From a virus: a stretch of 64,000 bases of DNA. The notes beneath the pieces were generated by a model. It was not told where the DNA came from. It did not search any database and worked only from the letters and a program-made list of their open reading frames with translations. Location of the stretch: IMG/VR virus record IMGVR_UViG_3300033067_002067, positions 9,301 to 73,300 of that record, one strand, 5' to 3'. Made by a program: the position numbers and the translations under genes. Positions 33,912-43,572 of this stretch are shown here, one piece after another. Every line of letters starts with the position of its first letter. The stretch's first letter is position 1.

Positions 33912-34700
33912 ATGACCGAGCCCAAATTAACTAAACAAGAAAGAAGAGCTCAACGTCGTCAAATGAAGGCTGAACGCCGTCAATTAAAGGCACAAGGACA
34001 TCAACTACAGCCTGGCCTAGGAATGAATATTAAATCATTCCAACCTCTAACACAAACACAGAAGAGAGTGTTTGATTCATATTATAATGGAAAACATCTC
34101 TTCTTGCATGGTAGTGCCGGTACAGGCAAAACATTTCTATCGATGTTTTTGTCGCTTCAAGAAATTCTTGATTCTGACATCTATCAAAAGTTGATTATTG
34201 TACGATCAGCGCAACCCTCTAAGAACCAAGGTTTCCTTCCTGGTTCACTAAAAGAGAAGACAAAGGTATATGAGTCGCCCTATTACGCTATTTGCAGCGA
34301 ACTATTTGGACGTGGGGATGCATACGATAAGCTCAAGTCTAGCGGTAAGATTGAGTTCTATTCTACATCCTACAACCGCGGAATTACTTTTAGCAACTGC
34401 ATTATTCTTGTTGATGAGATTCAAAATCTAACTGCACCAGAGTGTGATACAATCATTACTCGTTGTGGTGAACATTGCAAGATTATATTTGCAGGTGATA
34501 TTAGACAGACCGATTTGGTTCGCCAACATGAGATGTCTGGTATGAGCGACTTCCTCAAGATTCTAAAGCGCATTAATGACTTTGATGTACATGAATTTGG
34601 CGCTGATGATATTGTGAGATCTAGATTAGTAAAGAAGTATATTATGATGCGTAATGATCTGGAAGATCGCCGCGAGATTAAATCACTAGCAACTCTATAA
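33912..34700 (+). CDS. phoH: PhoH-like ATPase
   Basis: Walker A GSAGTGKTFL and PhoH-family spacing; common in marine and T4-like phages. Confidence 0.8.
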   Translation: MTEPKLTKQERRAQRRQMKAERRQLKAQGHQLQPGLGMNIKSFQPLTQTQKRVFDSYYNGKHLFLHGSAGTGKTFLSMFLSLQEILDSDIYQKLIIVRSAQPSKNQGFLPGSLKEKTKVYESPYYAICSELFGRGDAYDKLKSSGKIEFYSTSYNRGITFSNCIILVDEIQNLTAPECDTIITRCGEHCKIIFAGDIRQTDLVRQHEMSGMSDFLKILKRINDFDVHEFGADDIVRSRLVKKYIMMRNDLEDRREIKSLATL

Positions 34701-34808
34701 GGAGATATATTATGTTGCCTGGAGCATGGACTGCGATTGCGCAGATGGGTGGATTGATTGTCCTTTTTGCCTTTATTGGCGCGCTAGGAGCGATCGCAAT
34801 TTCAAAGA

Positions 34809-35492
34809 GTGACGATGTCGTTCGAACATCAGCTTTTTGAGCCAATTACAGACTTAGAAAGAGTAGATAGGCCAGAAGGTCGTATTTACAAGCGTGGTGA
34901 TAAGGAATATAATTCTGTTACCACGCTTCTTTCTAGGTTTGGACAAGCTAAATTAGAAGCCTGGAAGAATGCTGTTGGAGCTGAAAAAGCTGCAGCAATA
35001 TCTCGCCAGGCTGCTAATCGTGGTACAACAGTACATGGTTTGTGTGAAGATTACTTAATGAATCGAGAAATCGATCTCAAGAAGGTAATGCCTGTTTTTC
35101 TTGATGACTTTAACAAAGCCAAACGCATACTTGACCAGAAGGTTGGTAAAGTGTTTGGTGTAGAAATGAAACTATACTCTGATAAAATTCGCGCTGCCGG
35201 GACAACAGATTTGGCAGGTGAATGGGGCAAAACACCCTCAGTTATTGATTTTAAAAACACTAGAGGACAAATTAAACCAGATGTCCTTAAAAAGTATTTT
35301 ATTCAGCTAACTGCATATCAAATTATGATTCAGGAACGTTATAATGTTTTCTTACCAAAATTGGTAATTGTTAACATTCAACCTGAAATGCCTGTACCGG
35401 TTATTATTGAGGCTAAAGCGGCCGATTATGTGGAGAAAACGATACAGATATTTGATGCAATCAACAAACAGTTGAGTGCCCAGCAGTTATAA
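34809..35492 (+). CDS. PD-(D/E)XK nuclease (RecB/Cas4/lambda-exo-like fold)
   Basis: GTTDL ... IDFK ... QLTAY = D, ExK and QxxxY motifs. Confidence 0.55.
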   Translation: MTMSFEHQLFEPITDLERVDRPEGRIYKRGDKEYNSVTTLLSRFGQAKLEAWKNAVGAEKAAAISRQAANRGTTVHGLCEDYLMNREIDLKKVMPVFLDDFNKAKRILDQKVGKVFGVEMKLYSDKIRAAGTTDLAGEWGKTPSVIDFKNTRGQIKPDVLKKYFIQLTAYQIMIQERYNVFLPKLVIVNIQPEMPVPVIIEAKAADYVEKTIQIFDAINKQLSAQQL

Positions 35493-35527
35493 GCTACAAT
35501 AACAATTATAACTAGCAGAGGGTTTTC

Positions 35528-35995
35528 ATGCAATTAAAAGTAATAGGGGAAAATCCTAATATCACTCACGCAGAAATGAAATATGCAGCAGAGTGGATGT
35601 CCAATCTGATTATGTCCCCTCAACTACGCAAATATCTTAAAGTAACAATTTCATTTAAGAAAGAAAAAGACGCACTAGGTACTACTGAAGTTCGTGATTA
35701 TGACGATGAGAATTTTCGAATGCCTAGAAAGTTTCTAGTTCGAATTAATCCAAAAGAACGAAGAAATAGTGTACTTAAGATCCTGGCACACGAACTAGTA
35801 CATGTAAAGCAATTTGCAAGAGGTGAGCTGAAAGATAATGGCCACCCTATGTACATGAAATGGAATAAAGAAGACGTTAATTCTGAGAAAACAGATTATT
35901 GGGACCTACCTTGGGAAATTGAAGCGTATGGTCGAGAGTATGGAATGTTTAGACGTTATAATGAGCACGTGAAAAATGATAAGATCAAATTTTAA
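35528..35995 (+). CDS. small putative zinc metallopeptidase (HExxH)
   Basis: ILAHELVHV motif. Confidence 0.45.
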   Translation: MQLKVIGENPNITHAEMKYAAEWMSNLIMSPQLRKYLKVTISFKKEKDALGTTEVRDYDDENFRMPRKFLVRINPKERRNSVLKILAHELVHVKQFARGELKDNGHPMYMKWNKEDVNSEKTDYWDLPWEIEAYGREYGMFRRYNEHVKNDKIKF

Positions 35996-36236
35996 TGATG
36001 TGTACAAGAGCTTGTGGCTCGAATATGCTGAAATAGAAGCAAGAGAGAATAAGCGCGATATGATTATCTTCGCGCTTATTGTGATTATAGATTTTGCTTT
36101 CCTACTCTTTACAAAGAATTCTGGTCATGGTGTATTTTGGTTTATTGCTAACATAGCTGTATTTTACTGGCTTATGTGGGTTGCAATTAAAGATTACGTA
36201 AAAGCAAAAGAGGTGATTGAAAGCTATGAGCGCTGA
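35976..36236 (+). CDS. membrane protein (86 aa)
   Basis: two TM helices. Confidence 0.45.
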   Translation: MIRSNFNDVYKSLWLEYAEIEARENKRDMIIFALIVIIDFAFLLFTKNSGHGVFWFIANIAVFYWLMWVAIKDYVKAKEVIESYER

Positions 36237-36837
36237 TTATAGAGACACAATTGGTTATCGCGATTTGATTGTTGCAATGAAAGCAACAATTCGAGCTAAT
36301 CTCTTCAAGATTCTTAAAATGAGTGAGCTTGAACGCAAGAACTATTTTGAAGTTATTGTTGCTGGTACGACTGGTAATGCAGCATGGGCCGATAATTGGA
36401 TTTCAGTTAACGTTTCTGATATTGCACAAGATGCAGCTAGAGCTCAAATTGTTAATGAAGTAAAAGCTCAAATAATTGAGTACTTTGTAACTCAGGTTAA
36501 GGCTCTTCTTGAAACGTATCTTACTATTAAATCCGAACCAGTAAAGTTTGAAGGTACCCTTCCTTCATTTGAAGGGCTAAACGATATTCGTTTAATGTAT
36601 CCAGATGCAGTAAAGAGTGATAAGCGATATATGAGTGAAGCTAATTCTCCTCATGAAGCTTATGGGTTACATTTTCAACCTTATGGTTACAGCCCCAAAG
36701 CTAAAGCCTATGAATATAATAGCAAGCAACCTATAAATAATAGTGATTGGATTTCGCATTGTGCTCCTGCTTATTCAGTAGATACTAGTAGCCCCGATTG
36801 TTCTAGTTCTTCTGACGGTGGTTGTAGCTCTACTTAA
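36217..36837 (+). CDS. hypothetical protein (206 aa)
   Basis: ORF. Confidence 0.5.
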   Translation: MKAMSADYRDTIGYRDLIVAMKATIRANLFKILKMSELERKNYFEVIVAGTTGNAAWADNWISVNVSDIAQDAARAQIVNEVKAQIIEYFVTQVKALLETYLTIKSEPVKFEGTLPSFEGLNDIRLMYPDAVKSDKRYMSEANSPHEAYGLHFQPYGYSPKAKAYEYNSKQPINNSDWISHCAPAYSVDTSSPDCSSSSDGGCSST

Positions 36838-36848
36838 GAAAGAAACAA

Positions 36849-37142
36849 ATGGTCAAGTCTAAAGATTTGAAAAAGCTATCAGCTGATGTAAGAGAGTTTT
36901 TAAATAAAACGAGTGTTGAATCTCGCTTTGGAACAATGGCCACTTTAACATTAGAATTTCCTTCAATACAATCACTTCACGAATTTATGATTGATCTTTC
37001 CGCTGCTTTAACGCCATCAATGAAATATAGTAATGATGGCCCTCCATGGAAAGAATTACAAAACGGTATATATGAATTAACATTTGGTGGTATGAGAATA
37101 ATGTTAATTCACCTAGACGGTTATAGGGCCTCCACGTACTGA
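36849..37142 (+). CDS. hypothetical protein (97 aa)
   Basis: ORF. Confidence 0.5.
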   Translation: MVKSKDLKKLSADVREFLNKTSVESRFGTMATLTLEFPSIQSLHEFMIDLSAALTPSMKYSNDGPPWKELQNGIYELTFGGMRIMLIHLDGYRASTY

Positions 37143-37248
37143 TAACCTGTTGAACTTCATGCTAACTTCCAGCTTGATGTTCGTTGGAAGTTAGCATATT
37201 ATATGGTTGTGAGAGATGCACAACGTTGTTTTGTTATGAAAAGGAAAT

Positions 37249-38298
37249 GTGAATATGGCTGCTACTGCTAAGAAGACTGCTAAGAACGTTAAGTCTGTTA
37301 AGAAGGCTTCTAACGTCGTTTCTATTAAGAAGGGTAAGATTAAGGTCGAAACGGAAAAGGTTAAGGCTGAGCCTGCTCGTCTTATCTCCCCTTGGGGTCG
37401 TAACTCCACCGAATTTAAGACTGATATGTCTGTAAAGGATATGTTGGTTGAATCTGGTCTTGATTGGACTGTTGAACGTTATCCTCTTCAGGTTAATGTC
37501 GATGGTGAAATGATTAATGTTGGCGAAGATGCTCTTCTTCGTTCTGACAATAACCATATTCTTTCGACTGCTTCCACTCAGTGGAACCATTTCGATAACG
37601 AAGTGGCTGTAGAGTTTATGGATAAGTTTGCTCGTTCTATTGGTAATCGAGTTAACTTCCTTGGCCAGGTTCGTGGTGGTCGATTGGTATTCGGCCTTTC
37701 GGAGCTTAAGGGCGAGAAGTTCGCTCTCTTTAAGGGTAAGGACGAAGTTTCGTCTTATCTGCTTCTTTCGAATCCTCATGTGTATGGTCAGAAGTTCGAC
37801 GTTCGCTTTACTGCAATTCGCGATCGTTGTTACAATACTCTTACTCAGGGTCTTTCGCGAAACGGTGATCTCGAAGTTCGTATTTCGCATCGCAAGAAGT
37901 TTGATCCGGCTTTTGCCGAGCAGGCGCTTATTGCTGCTCGCGGTAATATGAAGAAGTATCAGGAGATGTCGGAGCTTCTCGCTTCGAAGCGTTTCTCCGA
38001 AGATACTCTGATTGAGTATTACCATACCGTTTTCCCGACTCTTTCGAATAAGAAGGGTCGCGATCCCAAGAAGCTTTCGCGTCCTGGTCAGATGGCTTTT
38101 GACGTACTGGAAACTCAGCCTGGTGCTGAGCTTGGTGAGGGTACTTGGTGGCAGGTTTATAACTCTGCTACTTATGCTCTTGACCATCTTGTGGGTCGTT
38201 CGCCTGATAATCGTCTTTACGCTTCTTGGTACGGTTTGAACCGTGCGAAGAAGAATCAGGCTCTGCGTATCGCTTGTGAGTTTGCACAAGCTGCGTAA
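37249..38298 (+). CDS. conserved phage/plasmid-type protein with K-rich N-terminus (possibly DUF932-like), 349 aa
   Basis: long ORF with even codon usage; the 351-aa ORF on the opposite strand is its mirror shadow. Confidence 0.55.
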   Translation: MNMAATAKKTAKNVKSVKKASNVVSIKKGKIKVETEKVKAEPARLISPWGRNSTEFKTDMSVKDMLVESGLDWTVERYPLQVNVDGEMINVGEDALLRSDNNHILSTASTQWNHFDNEVAVEFMDKFARSIGNRVNFLGQVRGGRLVFGLSELKGEKFALFKGKDEVSSYLLLSNPHVYGQKFDVRFTAIRDRCYNTLTQGLSRNGDLEVRISHRKKFDPAFAEQALIAARGNMKKYQEMSELLASKRFSEDTLIEYYHTVFPTLSNKKGRDPKKLSRPGQMAFDVLETQPGAELGEGTWWQVYNSATYALDHLVGRSPDNRLYASWYGLNRAKKNQALRIACEFAQAA

Positions 38299-38408
38299 AT
38301 AGAATTGGCAGTTAGAGACCGCTGGGGAAGAGTTACCTCCCGATGAAGAAGATGGGTCTCTTATAATGGTGATACTACCGCTGCCATCTCATTACCTTTG
38401 AGGATAAA

Positions 38409-38612
38409 ATGGCTGATATTGTCTTTACTGATAAAGAACGTGAGCTTCCGGATGATTATCCAATGTATAATGGATACATTTACATGATTGACGGAGAACC
38501 TCTCCGTGTAACGGAAGACATCTCTGTTGGACAGCTGAAAAAGCTTTGTGGTGTTGAATCAGTTCGTAATTGCGATATTAAGAGCCGTAATCTCTGGGAT
38601 TATACGTTCTAA
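38409..38612 (+). CDS. hypothetical protein (67 aa)
   Basis: ORF. Confidence 0.4.
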   Translation: MADIVFTDKERELPDDYPMYNGYIYMIDGEPLRVTEDISVGQLKKLCGVESVRNCDIKSRNLWDYTF

Positions 38613-38706
38613 TGCAGTATACGATCGAGCTTTACAAATCTGATAAGCGTTAGTGCAAGGACTTCAATGACTTAGGGAATCCCTATCTTGTTGGAGTCCT
38701 TCGCTA

Positions 38707-38735
38707 TTTCGAGCTTGAACTACCACCTGGTCCAT
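38707..38735 (+). promoter_or_regulatory. sigma70-like early promoter (TTGAAC, 17 nt, TATATT), copy B of the repeated promoter
   Basis: cttgaactaccacctggtccatgctatattaag; shares the catgctatattaag box with 16825-16853. Confidence 0.5.
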
Positions 38736-38749
38736 GCTATATTAAGACT

Positions 38750-39106
38750 ATGAGAGATGGAGATGGACACATGGACAAGGTTGATATGAAGCTTGAAATG
38801 CATAAGGTTTCGCCGAAAGAGTTTCACGTTAAGGTTGGCGAAAACCTTGTCGGTTTTATCGTTAAGGATTTTAATAACTGGTACGGTTATTTCGATAAGG
38901 ACGAGCCGATTCGTGCGAAGCACGAAGCTATTGTTTTCGTCGAAATGAATCGTATTTTCAACCGCTTTAAGCTGGTTGGTTCTAACGATAAGGCTGCTGC
39001 TGAAAAGGTTTTGGAAAACCTTATGGTGGAAGCTCGCAAGCTTGCTAAGGAGCTTAATGCTCTTGGCGAAACCGAAACGTTTGCCCTTAATAAGGTGCTC
39101 ATCTAA
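38750..39106 (+). CDS. hypothetical protein (118 aa)
   Basis: first ORF after the promoter. Confidence 0.5.
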   Translation: MRDGDGHMDKVDMKLEMHKVSPKEFHVKVGENLVGFIVKDFNNWYGYFDKDEPIRAKHEAIVFVEMNRIFNRFKLVGSNDKAAAEKVLENLMVEARKLAKELNALGETETFALNKVLI

Positions 39107-39298
39107 ATGGGTAAGACTAAGATCAAACCTATCGATATTATGCAAAACACTCTGCATAATATCGCTCGTTGTTTGGTCGATATTCATATTGACGATTTAA
39201 AGGATGCTGAAAAGGCTATTCTATTCCATCTCAAACGAGCTGGGTTCGTCACATATAATACCGACAAAAGCTGCTACGAAATGACAGGATGGCATTAA
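39107..39298 (+). CDS. hypothetical protein (63 aa)
   Basis: TAAATG junction. Confidence 0.4.
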   Translation: MGKTKIKPIDIMQNTLHNIARCLVDIHIDDLKDAEKAILFHLKRAGFVTYNTDKSCYEMTGWH

Positions 39299-39600
39299 TG
39301 TTTTTCTTTCAAGACGAACTTTGCGAACAGTATGGCATTACCGATCGCCATCTTGATTATGGAATGGATAATGCTCTCCATTTCCAGGAGGAACATACGC
39401 ATCTTTTTAATGCAGCTTCTCATCTCTTTTTTGAATGGTGCGATTCGCCTTCGGAAAAGAATTACTATGCTACAAAAGAGATGATCGAAAAGATTCGTGA
39501 GCTTATGATTCAGGGCACTAAGAGTAAGGCTCTTCTTAAGAAGCTCCAAAACGATAAGATTTGGTATTCTGCACTTTTGGCAAGTGAGGATTTGGGTTAA
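39289..39600 (+). CDS. hypothetical protein (103 aa)
   Basis: overlap. Confidence 0.45.
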   Translation: MALMFFFQDELCEQYGITDRHLDYGMDNALHFQEEHTHLFNAASHLFFEWCDSPSEKNYYATKEMIEKIRELMIQGTKSKALLKKLQNDKIWYSALLASEDLG

Positions 39601-39839
39601 TGTTTCTACGTCTAGATGTAGCGCAGCTTTCACGAGATGAAATGCTGCAAATGATTCGAGATTATCAATATCTAGAACAATATGATGACTCTATCGACGA
39701 ATCTAGCCTTCGAACGTTCGCGCGAGAAATCCGTAAACGGAATGGTTACGGATCAATCGGTATCACGGTACTCATGCGAGACATCATTTTCGAAGTTTAC
39801 CGTCGATTGGCAATGGAAAACATTCGAGATGAAATCTGA
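39600..39839 (+). CDS. hypothetical protein (79 aa)
   Basis: overlap. Confidence 0.45.
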   Translation: MFLRLDVAQLSRDEMLQMIRDYQYLEQYDDSIDESSLRTFAREIRKRNGYGSIGITVLMRDIIFEVYRRLAMENIRDEI

Positions 39840-39852
39840 ACAGGAAGCTAAA

Positions 39853-40029
39853 ATGACTATTAATCTCAACTATCTGCATATCCTTACCATCATCTTTGTT
39901 ATCGCGAAGCTGATGGATAAGATCGACTGGGACTGGTTTACTGTTTTCATCCCTTCGATGGTTTCAGTAGGCCTGGGTATTCTGGTGTTTATCTTCGCTT
40001 TTCTAATCATCCTTATCTCGCAGCGCTAA
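39853..40029 (+). CDS. small membrane protein (58 aa)
   Basis: SD aggaag; internal Met of ORF-track entry 39682-40029, whose N-terminal extension overlaps the previous gene. Confidence 0.4.
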   Translation: MTINLNYLHILTIIFVIAKLMDKIDWDWFTVFIPSMVSVGLGILVFIFAFLIILISQR

Positions 40030-40224
40030 GAGGTAACATGCTTAGCAATCGCCACCGTAATATCAGAGAAGAGATCGAAAACGATGCAAAGTGGATTAGG
40101 CGAGCAACAATCGCCTTCTTTATCTTTGCTGCCGTAATTGGCACTGCAGTATTGAGTATCTGGTTTGCAGTTGCCTATTCGATCGTCAAAGTCGCTAATC
40201 ATATCGTCCCGTAAGGAGAACAAA

Positions 40225-40455
40225 ATGAGCTTGTATCGTCCTGGTGAATGGAATAAGTTCGATCGTAGGTGTCATGGTTCTCTTTATGATCGTGGCGCTG
40301 CTGATTCGTATTATGGTCGAGGTATTCGGCCGCATTACTGGCGTAACGGCGACCATTCTGATGAAGTTATGGTTGTTGAGCAGCGTGAGGTTGAAGAGTA
40401 TCTTCAGGGATTTGAGGACAATACCAAAGCTGGCGATTTTAAGGACTGGGGTTAA
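40225..40455 (+). CDS. hypothetical protein (76 aa)
   Basis: SD aaggag 6 nt upstream of an internal ATG. Confidence 0.45.
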   Translation: MSLYRPGEWNKFDRRCHGSLYDRGAADSYYGRGIRPHYWRNGDHSDEVMVVEQREVEEYLQGFEDNTKAGDFKDWG

Positions 40456-40578
40456 TGGACCTTAACTTAAAGGAAATAGAATCGCTTGATAGAGGAGACT
40501 ACAAGTTTCTTGCATTCTTCGCTATAGGGCTTATACTGTACGTTACATTGTTCATCTTTCTAGGACTGGGGATAAAAC

Positions 40579-40815
40579 ATGCTTTCGCTATTTTCGGCTA
40601 TTCCTTCTGAGAATCAATGTCATATTGCTAATCCTGAACTGTGGGAAGTATTCCATAACGTCTATAAGTCTAAGTTCAATGTACGACCCAAAGGTTTTTG
40701 GAGTGAAGCAGAGGTAGTTCAGTTTCTCGATTTGGAGAGTGATAAATACTCTTCTGAATCAGTCTATCTGAATGAGGCTGCTTCTGAATCTGAATATTAC
40801 GCGCAATTCGGTTAA
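40579..40815 (+). CDS. hypothetical protein (78 aa)
   Basis: ORF. Confidence 0.4.
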   Translation: MLSLFSAIPSENQCHIANPELWEVFHNVYKSKFNVRPKGFWSEAEVVQFLDLESDKYSSESVYLNEAASESEYYAQFG

Positions 40816-40825
40816 GGAGATTCTC

Positions 40826-41038
40826 ATGGGTGGTTTGGTTGACTATTATGTTGCATGTTCAAAAGACAATCAAAAGCAATACGAAACGTATCAAACTACT
40901 GTGCAGAATTTAACGAGTGATATTGAACTGATTCAGGGATATGCCGAAGGTAAGGTTATTCTAGAGCTGTTCGTTCATAATGATAATGGACGTCTAACAG
41001 TTTCGAACGACCCTGGAAAGAAATATGTATCACAATAA
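40826..41038 (+). CDS. hypothetical protein (70 aa)
   Basis: SD aaggag before an internal ATG. Confidence 0.4.
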   Translation: MGGLVDYYVACSKDNQKQYETYQTTVQNLTSDIELIQGYAEGKVILELFVHNDNGRLTVSNDPGKKYVSQ

Positions 41039-41235
41039 CTTTAACACTCAAGTAGAAATTCAAGTTCAAACTAGCTCTGGTTTTTGGCAAACGACCCGTA
41101 CTGTGCCTTATGGCAATGCACAATACATTATTAGACAAATGGAACTCGTGAAACATGTTCACCCCAAAAATCGCGTTAGGGCCGTTTCGTCAGACGGCCA
41201 TCTTATCGACATGCTTCCTTAATGAGGTTAATAAT

Positions 41236-41466
41236 ATGTACTCTGTGGTTTACTTCCTTGATCATGATCCTTCTGCTCGCGTAACGCTTTTCCGTTCTAT
41301 GGTTGAGCGTGATTGTTGGGATTTTATCCGTCGTCGTATGGAGAGCACTAACAAGTATACGCGTAAGCACGCTCCCAACCTTTATGTAATTGACTCTGCA
41401 GAGGCTTTTTGTGAGCCTCCTGAGGATGTTCGTGCGTTGAATCGAGCTGTTAAGATCGCGTCATGA
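41236..41466 (+). CDS. hypothetical protein (76 aa)
   Basis: SD gagg before an internal ATG. Confidence 0.4.
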   Translation: MYSVVYFLDHDPSARVTLFRSMVERDCWDFIRRRMESTNKYTRKHAPNLYVIDSAEAFCEPPEDVRALNRAVKIAS

Positions 41467-41945
41467 AACTTAACAGACGAGGTTTTTTTGGCTTTGGGGC
41501 GGGAGCTGTGGCTGCTGCCCCACAAGCCCTTAAGAACAAACCGTTTTGGGCTGAAAACGGGCCAGTTCCTACAAATTCAACTCCGCTTGGAATGTCTGTA
41601 TCAGAGCTCATTCAGATTGAAGCTGAAAGAGAAGCTGTAAGAAAACAAATTGATGCTCAGTATCTCCAGAAGCTACATCGAATTGCTTCCGGTGATATCA
41701 CAGATGAAGAAACTGGCTGGAATACCGCCAAGGGAGACGATGTATATCGTCGATACCTACCTCTCAAGTCTGTTTCAGAAGCTAGTAGAGATTTTATGCA
41801 AGATCGTCGCCGCGTCGCAAATGACAAGCGCGATATGATTAAACAGGCCAAAGAAGCTCTCGAGCGCTATGATCGCACTGGCATGCTTAAGCAAGTACTT
41901 GGCTGGTATAATCAGATTGAACGTGAGGTACATGGATATGACTGA
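41463..41945 (+). CDS. secreted protein with twin-arginine (Tat) signal peptide (160 aa)
   Basis: MKLNRRGFFGFGAGAVAAAPQA = RR motif, hydrophobic core, A-x-A site. Confidence 0.55.
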   Translation: MKLNRRGFFGFGAGAVAAAPQALKNKPFWAENGPVPTNSTPLGMSVSELIQIEAEREAVRKQIDAQYLQKLHRIASGDITDEETGWNTAKGDDVYRRYLPLKSVSEASRDFMQDRRRVANDKRDMIKQAKEALERYDRTGMLKQVLGWYNQIEREVHGYD

Positions 41946-42291
41946 GATATTTGTATTTGGATCAAACTTAGCAGGACGTCATGGCGCTGGAGCTGCTCTT
42001 ACTGCACGTAACTATTATGGCGCCAAGTATGGTTGTGGCTTTGGTCCTATGGGGAATTGTTACGCTATCCCGACCAAAGACCGTGAACTCAATTCACTGC
42101 CGCTTGATGATATCAGGAAGAATGTGGAACTCTTCCTCACATATGCAGAGAATAGTCCTGATCTCACCTTTAAGGTAACAGCTATTGGAACAGGACTAGC
42201 TGGTTATTCTCACGACCAAATTGGACCTATGTTTGCAAAGGCACCTGAAAATTGTAAGCTGCCTGCTCAATGGGAAAAGTATAGAACATGA
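41938..42291 (+). CDS. small Rossmann-like protein (possible LOG/SLOG-like), 117 aa
   Basis: IFVFGSNLAGRHGAGAAL N-terminus and AIGTGLAGY later; family uncertain. Confidence 0.35.
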   Translation: MTEIFVFGSNLAGRHGAGAALTARNYYGAKYGCGFGPMGNCYAIPTKDRELNSLPLDDIRKNVELFLTYAENSPDLTFKVTAIGTGLAGYSHDQIGPMFAKAPENCKLPAQWEKYRT

Positions 42292-42521
42292 AAATTGTGG
42301 CTATTATCTACCTACTAGGCTTTATCACAGCTTGGTTTCCAGTACTAGCTCTTGTGCTGGTTAACATGACTCCCCTCACCAAAATTGCTCTAGAAAAGAA
42401 GATTGATCTATTTGGTTATGCAGCCAGAGCAACCCTAACAGGCTTTTGGGTTATGATTTTCTCTGGCCTTGCACTTGTAAGTATTGCTGTTACAGAAGCT
42501 GTTAAATATTTTATTCAGTAG
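42288..42521 (+). CDS. membrane protein (77 aa)
   Basis: two or three TM helices. Confidence 0.45.
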   Translation: MKIVAIIYLLGFITAWFPVLALVLVNMTPLTKIALEKKIDLFGYAARATLTGFWVMIFSGLALVSIAVTEAVKYFIQ

Positions 42522-43002
42522 ACCCGCCTCTAGCTTTGCTGCCCTGATATACTGGACCATCAACAAGAAGATCTAGTTTATCAGTTGGCCAGCATGCTCT
42601 CTTCAAATTACCTTTTGGTATTCTCGTCACATTAACAGTGTTAGATTGATTTCCACCTAGAACATAGTAATAATTATCGTCTTCTGAGACATAGAATGCA
42701 ATATGATAGCCAAAGTTCATGATGCAACCAAACACTGGCTTACATCTAGTACCATACTTCATATAGCTAGGGCACCATAGTGGATTATCTACAGCTGATA
42801 GATCGCAGTTAGATGGTTCTGCTGTTAGGCAATGAGAAACGAACAATGCGCACCACGGAATATCGTCATTGTTATAGTAGCGCGCTGTACTCCCGCCAAG
42901 AGCTTTTGCCCATTCTATGATCAGGGGATTCGATTGAGGGCCTGGAATCTCATGAGTTCCTAGAAGCGATTCAGCAACGTCTAGCCATGGAAGATTAGTC
43001 AT
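42511..43002 (-). CDS. CHAP-like cysteine/histidine amidase (TIGR02594-type phage peptidoglycan hydrolase)
   Basis: WCALFVSHC (Cys) ... GYHIAFYV (His) spacing typical of CHAP/NlpC-P60; SD aagagga on the minus strand. Confidence 0.55.
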   Translation of the reverse strand: MTNLPWLDVAESLLGTHEIPGPQSNPLIIEWAKALGGSTARYYNNDDIPWCALFVSHCLTAEPSNCDLSAVDNPLWCPSYMKYGTRCKPVFGCIMNFGYHIAFYVSEDDNYYYVLGGNQSNTVNVTRIPKGNLKRACWPTDKLDLLVDGPVYQGSKARGGSTE

Positions 43003-43195
43003 TTGTGTCCTCTTATTAATCTTGACTTGATCTTACAATGAAGATCGTCTATTCTGTATTTAGATAGGAGAGAAGAATGTATCGAGCTATTATCATGCCA
43101 ATGCTTGCGCTAATTAGCCTGCTGGCTCTTGGCACATTTGTAATGTTTTATCATCCAGAGAGTAATGTAGGAGCCGTTAGGGTAGAGAGAATGAA

Positions 43196-43411
43196 ATGAA
43201 AGACATAGCGTGGGAATTAGTACTTGCTATTTTAGCTGCAGCAAGCATTTTAGGCTTCTTGATTTATTCAATGGCCGCGTATAATATGCAGAACAATAGG
43301 TATGAATTTGAGATTCAGAAAGTATGTATTGAGGGCGGGGGTACTTACATTCGTCATAATCAGCAGTGCTTGTTCCCCGCGATGCCAGCTGGGAAGGTTA
43401 CAGCACAATGA
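43196..43411 (+). CDS. small membrane protein (71 aa), holin/spanin-class candidate
   Basis: single TM, next to the amidase. Confidence 0.35.
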   Translation: MKDIAWELVLAILAAASILGFLIYSMAAYNMQNNRYEFEIQKVCIEGGGTYIRHNQQCLFPAMPAGKVTAQ

Positions 43412-43572
43412 TTCTATTAGGACTGATTTTCGCAATATTAGTGTTGGTGTTTCTTGCAGTTATTATCTTCCGGGGCTACCTGAACGATGAAGCTATGCGA
43501 AAGCAAGAAGTTGAGAATGAAGTGAAGAAAGCCTTGAAGGCAATTAAGGAGAATGAAAATGGGAAGTCGTAA
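43408..43572 (+). CDS. small membrane protein (54 aa)
   Basis: N-terminal TM then charged coiled segment. Confidence 0.35.
   Translation: MILLGLIFAILVLVFLAVIIFRGYLNDEAMRKQEVENEVKKALKAIKENENGKS

Noticed and set aside
37234-38289. 351-aa minus-strand ORF
   Set aside because: Exact mirror (shadow) of the better-supported plus-strand gene 37249-38298; its serine/leucine-rich composition is typical of antisense frames.
39682-39852. N-terminal extension of ORF 39682-40029
   Set aside because: It overlaps gene 39600-39839 out of frame; the membrane peptide most likely starts at the internal Met with SD aggaag.
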